DNA of 64,000 bases from a virus: IMG/VR virus record IMGVR_UViG_3300044609_000721; one strand, written 5' to 3'. Position numbers and translations under genes: made by a program. The stretch's first letter is position 1. Every line of letters starts with the position of its first letter. Below, piece after piece: positions 36,177-45,200 of the stretch. Under the pieces are notes generated by a model. It saw nothing but the letters and a program-made list of their open reading frames with translations. It made no database searches and was not told where the DNA came from.

Positions 36177-37826
36177 TTAGATGTACTCCCACATAAATGC
36201 TCGATCTCCATATTCATCCAAGTGCCACCTATCTCCATCGACATCAACAAAAGTCTCATCTTCCGTTCCGTCTACAATAAAACCAAATGGAGCCATATCC
36301 GCTTCAATCGCTTCTCTTTGGTCATCATAAATTCTCTGACGAACATCATTATTCGTCATTTCCCTAAAGTAGGGTTGCATCGCCAACCATGAGAATATAA
36401 CCAAGGACATCGCTAAGTCATCGTTACATCCTTCCTCTGCCTCAAATGAATTTCCTTTTTGGATGAAGGTCGTCAATTCACTAATAATATCGTAGTCTTT
36501 GACAATTAACTTGTCTTCTTCTATTAGTGCTTTTAAGTTGGAACATCCAACCTTCTTCACAGCAGAAGTCATTCTAACTCCAAGCGAAGCCTTCTTACCG
36601 CTGAATCCAGATCCAACTAGTTGTCCAGCACGACCTCGCATGGAACACATTAACAAGTTTTCATATTCTAGATCATATTGTAGAATATCAGCGACTTGTG
36701 CGCCAATGTCATTAACCTCTATTAGTATATATGACTTGTTATAGTTTTGTGCTACTTTGTGGATAATGTTTGGAAGTAAGATTGGTTTGATATCATTATT
36801 GCGATATTTTCCAACTATAGTATATGGAATGGTTGTGATATCTACAATAATAAATGCTGAGTAGTCCTGACTAGTTCCTCTAGAAGTATCTACTGTCATT
36901 AAGTATTGATGGTCTGCTTTGACTTCTTCGTAGATGTCCAATCCTTCATGAGATTGAATTGGATCGTCATAGACCATGTTTCTGAGTTTCGCTGGATTGA
37001 TTAGAGTATCAACCGATCCTAGGAACTCACACTCAAACTCCTGAGTGAACTGTCTAAGGGAAGTGTTAGCGATAGTCTCTTCTTTCCACTTAGCATCTCT
37101 GCCAGGAACTTGAGACCAATGAACTTCTAGTGGAATGTAAGTGTTCTTTCTCCTCTCAGCATCATGCCAAAGTTTATAGAACATGTTCATCCCGTTTGGA
37201 GTAGAGATGATGATAACTTTGGTTGACTTACCAGACGAAATAGTAGGATACACAGAGGAGAAGAACTGCTCTGCAATGTTGTTTGGAATGAACGCAAATT
37301 CGTCCAGGAAGATGATGTTGAATGAGTTTCCTCGGACTGCGCTAGAAGACGTTGAGGCAGCGATGATCTTGGATCCATTCTCCAGTTCTACCGAACCCTT
37401 GTTCCACGATATAACGCCATGCTGCATCCACTTAGGAAGGTTCTCATAGGAGAGTTGAAGACGCGATAACAATTCTCTAGAAGTCTCTGCCTTGTTTGCT
37501 AGAATTGCGATCTTGATGTTGGGATTGAAGATTGCATAGTGTAGCAAATAAGAAACTACCGTCGTAGATTTTCCAGTCTGACGCGGTAGTTTTGCGATAT
37601 TAAATCGATTGTTATGAAAGTTCTCGATTAGTTTCTCTTGGAAGTCCCACATCTTAAATGGGACAAGGCCTTCGTCAAGAGAAACAATCTTGATGTATGT
37701 CTTGGCAAAGTAGACAGGATCTTTCGAGCATTTGATAAATTCCTCAACTTGATCTTGAGTAAATTCAACAGATACGTTTGCCTTTTTTAGGTTGGGATTA
37801 CCAAGATAAATGTCATTCGGATTCAT
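36177..37826 (-). CDS. gp17: Terminase large subunit
   Basis: PRQTGKST, FLDEFAF, ISTPNG, QEFEC, DDLAM. Confidence 0.97.
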   Translation of the reverse strand: MNPNDIYLGNPNLKKANVSVEFTQDQVEEFIKCSKDPVYFAKTYIKIVSLDEGLVPFKMWDFQEKLIENFHNNRFNIAKLPRQTGKSTTVVSYLLHYAIFNPNIKIAILANKAETSRELLSRLQLSYENLPKWMQHGVISWNKGSVELENGSKIIAASTSSSAVRGNSFNIIFLDEFAFIPNNIAEQFFSSVYPTISSGKSTKVIIISTPNGMNMFYKLWHDAERRKNTYIPLEVHWSQVPGRDAKWKEETIANTSLRQFTQEFECEFLGSVDTLINPAKLRNMVYDDPIQSHEGLDIYEEVKADHQYLMTVDTSRGTSQDYSAFIIVDITTIPYTIVGKYRNNDIKPILLPNIIHKVAQNYNKSYILIEVNDIGAQVADILQYDLEYENLLMCSMRGRAGQLVGSGFSGKKASLGVRMTSAVKKVGCSNLKALIEEDKLIVKDYDIISELTTFIQKGNSFEAEEGCNDDLAMSLVIFSWLAMQPYFREMTNNDVRQRIYDDQREAIEADMAPFGFIVDGTEDETFVDVDGDRWHLDEYGDRAFMWEYI

Positions 37827-37971
37827 GAGGTAGATTTTGCTCTCTATAAGTCTTCAACTTATTTATGAGATGCTGGTATTCTTCTACCATGTATTCCGAT
37901 CCTGTTTCCTCCTTATATAATTCACATGCTCTAATTAAGCGATTGATATCATTTGCATTTAGAAGGTACAT
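37813..37971 (-). CDS. Small hypothetical protein (52 aa)
   Basis: Hand translation MYLLNANDINRLIRACELYKEETGSEYMVEEYQHLINKLKTYREQNLPHESE. TAATG overlap with the upstream gene. Confidence 0.6.
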   Translation of the reverse strand: MYLLNANDINRLIRACELYKEETGSEYMVEEYQHLINKLKTYREQNLPHESE

Positions 37972-38711
37972 TAGCAGTTCCAAGCCCTCAACGATTTATT
38001 TATTCTCGAATCTGGATCGCTTGCTGTCTTCTTAGAAGTCAGTTTAGATTTCATGCCCTTCATTCTAGCGCAGAATGACGACCTGCGGGAATTTCCAACC
38101 TCTTTTGAAGGTGCTTTAAGGTCGCTTCCAGGATTTTCACGTTCATATGACTTACGACCCTTTTCGTTGAGTCCGCCACTTTGATTCTTTCCCTCCTTAC
38201 GTTGCCATGCAGCAACTTCTTTAATGTATTGACCGAATGATCTCATTTCAGTTTCTTCATTCTTAGTCATCAAATACATTGCAGCAGCATTTAGATTATG
38301 TGCTGATAGTGCTAACTTTGCTTGAACCCAACCAGGAAGTTGATAGTCTGGAGATGTGATAGTTTGACGGAGCATTTTGATGTAATGCTCAATCTCATCA
38401 AGTTGTCCTAGTGCCATAGCACCTTCGTCATCTAATTCAGTACCATTATTGATGGCAATGTGATTTTCTTTGATGGGTTTTTTCTTTTCCCATTCGTTCT
38501 TAAGTTTCTTTTCCATTGATAGCAAGTGCTTATAGTAATCGGGAAACTCAGCAATATGTTGGAGAGCAATACCGTATGCTGCTTTGTGATCCGTTACATG
38601 CTCACGCTCTACAGTAGAACCGATTTCTGCTTGACGGATCACGTAGTCAACGTCAACGCCATGTTTAGTGGCAATTTCTTTTTCAGTAGGTACTCTCTTT
38701 TTCATGATCAA
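37971..38711 (-). CDS. Modular head-associated hypothetical protein (DUF5661-like, helical and DUF6321-like modules)
   Basis: GSTVEREH...IALQHIAEFPDYY; LPGWVQAKL; AWQRKEGKNQSGGLN...RRSSFCARM...SLRAWNC. Confidence 0.7.
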   Translation of the reverse strand: MIMKKRVPTEKEIATKHGVDVDYVIRQAEIGSTVEREHVTDHKAAYGIALQHIAEFPDYYKHLLSMEKKLKNEWEKKKPIKENHIAINNGTELDDEGAMALGQLDEIEHYIKMLRQTITSPDYQLPGWVQAKLALSAHNLNAAAMYLMTKNEETEMRSFGQYIKEVAAWQRKEGKNQSGGLNEKGRKSYERENPGSDLKAPSKEVGNSRRSSFCARMKGMKSKLTSKKTASDPDSRINKSLRAWNC

Positions 38712-39259
38712 CCACCAACAATTTGAACTTCAGTAACATGTCCAGTAGCAGCACCGTTACCATCTGGAATTACTGAGAACTTAATAGAATTTGAAAGAGT
38801 TGCAGTGCCAGTAAAAGCAGAATAACCAGATGAATTATGTGCAACTGTAATAGTTGTATCGGTTACTGCTGTTACAGCAAGGTGAGCAATACCAGTATTA
38901 TATGCAGCAACAGAGGAGCCTGTGCAAGTCACATAGTCACCAACGTTGAATGGGTGAGATGGTTTTCTACCATCTTGATCACAGGTAATTACTGTATTTG
39001 TTGCACCAGTAGTAATTGCTGTAATTTTTGCGTTCTTTGGAGAAGCACACTTTACAAGTTCGGAGTTCTCTTTTGGGATATGGAAATCATTTCCCTTTAC
39101 TGCTGTTGGGTTTCCTCCCCAAGCAACGTGAATAGCATCAGAAGCATCAGCAGTAAAACGATAGATACCAGTTCTTACAATGACGGCAGAAGATTGTGAT
39201 GCGTTACCACCTGTGCATTCTACTGCTGCAATATTTTGTACAACTTTTAAAACGGACAT
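38708..39259 (-). CDS. Hypothetical virion structural protein
   Basis: 183-aa beta-rich ORF. CTAAATA late promoter at 39294-39300. Confidence 0.7.
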   Translation of the reverse strand: MSVLKVVQNIAAVECTGGNASQSSAVIVRTGIYRFTADASDAIHVAWGGNPTAVKGNDFHIPKENSELVKCASPKNAKITAITTGATNTVITCDQDGRKPSHPFNVGDYVTCTGSSVAAYNTGIAHLAVTAVTDTTITVAHNSSGYSAFTGTATLSNSIKFSVIPDGNGAATGHVTEVQIVGG

Positions 39260-39292
39260 AGTAAACTCCGAAGTTAATTTCTTTCCTATGTT

Positions 39293-39706
39293 TTATTTAG
39301 TTTCTTTGGTACTTTGCTTGAGGAGTTTTGCCAACTCTGATGTCGATCCAACAAACATAGTATTATTAACTGTAGTAGGACCTGATTTAGTTGCTGATTT
39401 CTCATCGATGTCTTTCATCTTCTTCTGGAGGTCGATTAGTTTGTCAGCAACATCCGCAACATTCTTGATAAGTTGTCCAGCAACTTCATATGCTCTTGGA
39501 TGGTCTGAACTTCTTGCAACATCAAGAATACCGTCGATGGCTTCTTGACCTTTCATCACAAGATTATGAAGTTGTGCTCTTGTTACTTCATAGTCTTGTT
39601 GTAGTTCTGGTTTCTGCGATAGTGGGACAATTTCCTCTCTAGGTGTCTCAATAATTTCACTTGGTTCCACATTAAAAACTTCATCTAATCCATCAAACGT
39701 ACTCAT
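39293..39706 (-). CDS. gp16: Terminase small subunit
   Basis: DYEVTR..L...PRAYEVAGQLIK...NTMFVGSTSELAKLL. Confidence 0.92.
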   Translation of the reverse strand: MSTFDGLDEVFNVEPSEIIETPREEIVPLSQKPELQQDYEVTRAQLHNLVMKGQEAIDGILDVARSSDHPRAYEVAGQLIKNVADVADKLIDLQKKMKDIDEKSATKSGPTTVNNTMFVGSTSELAKLLKQSTKETK

Positions 39707-40506
39707 ACGGGTTCATCCTCTCCAGTAGCAGGGTTCCATTTTTGTGCATCAGTAAATTCGGAGAAAACTTCATTAAAACCAAAATCATCATCAGCATCTG
39801 CATCGGATGGATCTGGTTGAACTGTATATCTTTGAACTCTTGGTGCCTCTACTGTATCTATAGATGAATAAGTATCCACTATAGATTTCCTAATGACAGA
39901 AGGTTCTCTTACAGGACCATATAGATAAGATTTTGCGGTGAATGTTAAATTATATACTAACGATCTTCTCTTATCAAGTTCTCCATCATAATCGTCATCG
40001 TAACTCACGTCATCCAAATTAATTATAATATCTTTAATTTCTCCAATTTCTGGAATCATTTCTATAGTTAAGTTGTAAGATGGTTGGAAATATGGTAGAA
40101 TCTGTTCTAGAATCTGAAGACCATCATCTTGATTTTTTGATATTATTGAGAGAGTAAATCCGATATTATATGGTACTGGCATATATGATGTATACATGCC
40201 ATCCTGAGCCTCTGGATTTTTGTATTTTATTTGTTGAGTTGGTGCTACCTTCCTATCACCATCATATTTGATACTTGTAATCTCAAACGATAATCTTGGT
40301 AAGGTAATCTGAATCTTAGATTGTGTAGGATCTGGAGTCTGCCTCAACCTTGCTAGAAATTTTTCTGCAGGTCCATATGCTAAGGGAACTTTCATTACCT
40401 CAGTTTTATTATTTGATGTACGACGAATCTGAATGTTGTTGAATAGAGTACCGAATCCAACAACAGTCTTCTTAATGATTTCGTGGTAAGTGTAAGTTCC
40501 CAACAT
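39703..40506 (-). CDS. gp15: Tail sheath stabiliser / proximal tail completion protein
   Basis: GFGTLFNNI...VPLAYGP.EKFL...LPRLSFE...QILEQILPYFQP. Confidence 0.94.
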   Translation of the reverse strand: MLGTYTYHEIIKKTVVGFGTLFNNIQIRRTSNNKTEVMKVPLAYGPAEKFLARLRQTPDPTQSKIQITLPRLSFEITSIKYDGDRKVAPTQQIKYKNPEAQDGMYTSYMPVPYNIGFTLSIISKNQDDGLQILEQILPYFQPSYNLTIEMIPEIGEIKDIIINLDDVSYDDDYDGELDKRRSLVYNLTFTAKSYLYGPVREPSVIRKSIVDTYSSIDTVEAPRVQRYTVQPDPSDADADDDFGFNEVFSEFTDAQKWNPATGEDEPV

Positions 40507-41414
40507 TAGAATCTATCTCCCATATTTCCAATATCCCCAAATGGATTTTGTTCACTAAAGTCTAAGATCATATCTCCCTGAACTTCAAAGTATTTGTTCT
40601 GAGCTCCTTCAAATGTTTCCATATTGAAAGAATCTAGAACATTGATAGCCCATGAAGCATTTGAATCTTCTCCGACAACAATTTCGTTATCTCGAAATAT
40701 GCCAGTTAATTTATTTAGTACAAGTTTTCTTGTGGTTGGATTCCAAGATACAACCTCACCAGTAGCACCAGAAGTAGATCCAGTAACAACTTCATCATTA
40801 GAGAAGTTACCAGTTCCACCAGGAGCAAAGGTGAGATCTAGAGTATATCCATCTTCATCTTCAATCTCATCTACTGCTAAGATACCAGTATCAAGATCCT
40901 CATTGCTGTACTGGAATAGTTCACACTTCATTTCCCAAACATAACCTTTACCTAGTTGGTAAAAAGGTTTTTCGTGTTCAACAAACTTGATTTCATATAA
41001 GTCACTTGAGAATGGTGCCCAAATCAAATCACCTTCATTTGGACGACCCTCAACAATTAGGGATGCGTTATCATCAACAGCACTGGTGAATCTTTTTCTG
41101 GACACCACAAAGGTAGTCTTATCTTCGATCCTGATTCCAAATTTAGTTAGAAGGTCTCCCTGTCCTTCCCATCCATCTACAGTATTGCAGTATGCTCTGA
41201 TTGGATGGGAACTCTCAAACTTAGACATAGTATCTTCTTTGAAAAGATCATCCTCCTTCACAAGAGTTCTTGGAATGTAATAAACATCTTGACCATAGAT
41301 ATCGATTGATTCTGTGATCAAATTCTCAAGTAAATTCTGCTCTGCTGTAGTTCCGTTTAAACGAAGCCTACAGGATGGTGATGGATCTGGAGATTGGTTG
41401 CAGGTATCTGGCAT
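40506..41414 (-). CDS. gp14: Neck protein
   Basis: EQNLLENLITESI..YGQDVYYIPR...RPNEGDLIW. Confidence 0.93.
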   Translation of the reverse strand: MPDTCNQSPDPSPSCRLRLNGTTAEQNLLENLITESIDIYGQDVYYIPRTLVKEDDLFKEDTMSKFESSHPIRAYCNTVDGWEGQGDLLTKFGIRIEDKTTFVVSRKRFTSAVDDNASLIVEGRPNEGDLIWAPFSSDLYEIKFVEHEKPFYQLGKGYVWEMKCELFQYSNEDLDTGILAVDEIEDEDGYTLDLTFAPGGTGNFSNDEVVTGSTSGATGEVVSWNPTTRKLVLNKLTGIFRDNEIVVGEDSNASWAINVLDSFNMETFEGAQNKYFEVQGDMILDFSEQNPFGDIGNMGDRF

Positions 41415-41418
41415 GGCA

Positions 41419-42225
41419 TTAACCGATCATGTCTAGTGGTGGTAATTCGTATGTATCTCTTAGAGTTTCCTTGAGATCCTGGAGTTCCTGTTTTGCCTCT
41501 TCTAGAATCTTTCTTCCATTTAGGGTAACACCACCTAACATTTGAATTCCATCATACTTACTTAGGTTCTGCCCCCACTGCTCTTTGAATAATGCAGTTG
41601 CATATTCTTTCAACCAAGTTTCATCCCAGGTTTTTGGATATAATGTTGGATCTACTCCCATCAAACAATCAACAACTACAAATTCTCCTACACCCAATTC
41701 CGACCAATCGATATCAACATATAGTCTATTTGTATTTGCAGTATATCTCAATCTCTTGTATAATCTTGAGTTAGTAACCCAGTCAAGAGTTTCGAGATAG
41801 TTCTGAACCATATAATAATGTAGAATCTGGTTATTCGTAAATGCGTAGATATCATTCAGGAATAACTGATATTTGATGTTGAAAATGTTTCCTGGAATTG
41901 ATGATGAAGTACTTACTTGTGTATATACGTTATCTACTCCAAGAACTCCAGGTGGGAGTTCAACATACTGAGTCGATTCGCTCCATGCGGTATTTGCAAT
42001 TGGAGCAGTCCCAGCCGCAGCAGTTTTCATCTGCTCAGTAACTTCAATTTTAATGATTGCTCTGTAACTACCTTCATAATGAAAATCTTGGTAGTATGTT
42101 AATGCTCTATCAATTAGGTCATCCAGTTGCTCATCGCAAACGTTGATGTCAATTGCAGGATAACCTAATCTTCTTAGGCAATAATTTTTGAACTCTGTTC
42201 TGGTTGCTGGTTTTGATGCTGACAT
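41419..42225 (-). CDS. gp13: Neck protein
   Basis: YCLRRLGYP.I.IN...KEQWGQNLSKY.G.QMLGGVTLNG. Confidence 0.94.
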   Translation of the reverse strand: MSASKPATRTEFKNYCLRRLGYPAIDINVCDEQLDDLIDRALTYYQDFHYEGSYRAIIKIEVTEQMKTAAAGTAPIANTAWSESTQYVELPPGVLGVDNVYTQVSTSSSIPGNIFNIKYQLFLNDIYAFTNNQILHYYMVQNYLETLDWVTNSRLYKRLRYTANTNRLYVDIDWSELGVGEFVVVDCLMGVDPTLYPKTWDETWLKEYATALFKEQWGQNLSKYDGIQMLGGVTLNGRKILEEAKQELQDLKETLRDTYELPPLDMIG

Positions 42226-42235
42226 GGTAGATCTC

Positions 42236-45200
42236 TTATAGTGGTAGATATCTTACGGTTACATTATTACTACCCGCTGTTGGAGCGGAAGTGAATTTGA
42301 CAATTGGTGAGAATGTAGCAGTTGTGGTAGTTGTGCTTGTGGAGGATACGGTAAACGTAATATTATCTGTAGGCGCTGATCCACCAACGTTAGTACCAGG
42401 AATCACAACAGTATCTCCGATGGAGTAGTTAGTACCACCGTTATTTACTGTAACCGAAGTAATAACACCAGCAGTTCCTCTCGAAACGTTAAATGTTGCT
42501 CCAGATCCAGCACCTGATGTTGTAGATGAAACATTAGTGTATGTTTGGTTACTCGCAGATGGAACGTTAGCTCCAATTGGAGTACCAATTGTTGCAATAG
42601 TTGCTCTCTTCAGGAACGATGTATTCGCTGCAGAAAGAGTAATAGTATTTCCAGAAATATTTGTGATCTCTGCACCAGAACCAATACCGTTACCAGAAAC
42701 TGGCATACCAGTAGTCAATCCAACGTTGGATGGTACTGTAATAGTGCTTTCACCAGTATGACCACCAACAGATCCGTATGATACTTGATCAAAATAGTTA
42801 TAATCGACAACTGGTGTCTGAAGTAGACGATCAGCAACAACTAATAAATCTGCTGTATTTCTTCCCGAATTTGCTTGGAATGCAACTCTTGAACCAGTAC
42901 CACTATAGTTCTGATATGTATATGAAAGAGTATTTCTGCTAATATTGATTGCATTTCCAGCATCATTGTATGATACTGAAATTCCATTATGTGATGCGTT
43001 TGTTGTGAGAGCAGTTGCTACAGCATCTTGAACTCTTTCATCAGTGAAGTATAGATTGGAACCCTCGGAAATATCAGAGGTACTTGCTTGAGTAGCAGAG
43101 GTAACTCTTCCCTTAGTATCTACAGTTACCTTAGTGTAAGTTCCTGAAGATACTCCAGTGTTGGATAACGTAGCACCTAGAGTAACGTTTGATGATCCAT
43201 CAATGGAAACGCTTCCTGATAGGTCAGTTCCAAGTGAAATTGTCCTTGCAGTAGTCCACTTTCTTGCATCTCTTGCAGTACCAACAATATCCGCATTATT
43301 TGCTGTTAGAGTTCCTGTAATAGTTACGTTATCTTCAATCTGTACAGTACCTCCAGCAGAATCTAAAATTAGGTTTCCTGAAGAGGTATCAATTTCATTA
43401 ACTGCAGTTAGACCAACTCTTACGTTCCTGATTAATGCACCACCATTTGCAGTCAACTGGCCAGTTAGCGTAGTTGTACCAGTTACACCTAAAGTGCTGG
43501 ATAATGTAGTTACACCAGTTACTCCTAATGTTCCTCCAATAGATGCATTGTTAGTTACGCTTAGTGCTGTTCCTGCCTTTGATAGAGTTAGTGAACCAGC
43601 GAATAGTGAAGCATCTGTACCAGAGAATACTTCAGAAGTGTTGGTTGCGTTCTCTAAGAATCTATAACCAGCAGATGAATCATCCCATCCGAAGAAACCC
43701 AACTTAGCCGATAGATCGAAGTATCTAAACTCAATACCACGATCCTTATTATCGTCGGATGCAGGAGCAGTATCTCCACCCAAAGTGATGATTGGATCAT
43801 CAACAGTAATAGTTGTTGAGTTTACTGTAGTTGTTGTTCCGTTGACAGTTAAGTTTCCAGTGATAACTGTATTGGCATTTCTTACAGTTAATGTACCTGT
43901 TGTGGCACCAATTGAAATAGTAGTTGCTGCCTGACCAATATTTAATGTTGTCGCACCAGAATTGAATAATGTGGCAGTTGAGGAAGTGGTGGTAATATCT
44001 CCACCATTTACAGCAAGATCGCTAGTTAAGGTTGCATTACCTGTTACTGCTAGAGTACCACTAATTGAAGTGTCACCAGACTCACCAAGAACGGAGAACT
44101 TAACTGTATCACCAGAATTTAATTTTCCAACATACAAATCATCACCAACATAAAGGTCAGTTTGAATACCAGCACCACCAACAACTCTTAAGTTAGTAGT
44201 TGTATCTGATGCATGTGTTGGAGTATATGCAATTTGGGTTCCTAGAGTTGCTTTATAGCGAACTGAGATGTTGTTAACAGTAGACGCAACGCCAGTGTCT
44301 CCAGAGTCCTTAACGTTAATTGCACCGTTAACAAATACATCGCTTGCGAACAGTACATCGCCAGAAATATATCCACCACCATCATATCTAAATGACCCAT
44401 AATCACCACCAGAAATGATGTAATTATTGCTTCCATCGACGGCAATTGTTGGAGTGTTGTTATTCTGTGAGTACAGATATGAAGCGTTTTGTAGAGTTAC
44501 ATTTCCAGTTAATGTTGTTGCCCCAGTTACACCTAAAGTTGAACTTAGTGTAGTTGCACTAGTAACACCAAGAGTTCCAGAAATAGTGGTATTACCACTA
44601 GATGAATCTACAACAAATTTATCAACAGCAGAAGCATTTTGAATCTTGAATAGTTCTGTAGCCGCGGTATTAGAACCTACTAAGGTAACGTTGCTATTGA
44701 GAGTTGTATTACCAGTAACAGAAAGAGTTCCTACAATAGATGTATTTCCAGTAGCAGAGTCTACAGAGAATTTATCAACAGAGGAAGCATTTTGGATCTT
44801 GAATAGTTCTGTGGAGGCCGTGTCAGATCCCACCAAGGTTACATTACTATTCAGGGTTGTATTTCCAGTGACGCTTAGAGTGCCTTGTAGAGTGCTGTTG
44901 GTTGCAATATTGAGATTACCACCCACCCATAGGTTTTGACTGATTCCAGTGCCTCCTGTGACTACCAGGGTGCCTGTTGTAGTGCTAGTTGATCCAACGT
45001 TACTACTGAGGGCAAGGTTGCCAGCAATAACACCAGCATCAGTACCAGAAAAGACTTCAGAAGTATTTGTTGCATTGTAGAGGAAGCGATAACCACCAGT
45101 AGTTCCTGCTAGAGTTGTGTAACCAGAATCCCAACCATAGAAACCTAGTCTTGCTTGTGTGTCGTAGTATCTGAATTCAACACCACGATCCTTTCCATCG

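Noticed and set aside
8126-37826. Introns, inteins or homing-endonuclease insertions in gp43, gp41, gp46, gp17, gp20 or gp23
   Set aside because: All are uninterrupted, of normal length for T4-like cyanophages, and have no intein splice motifs
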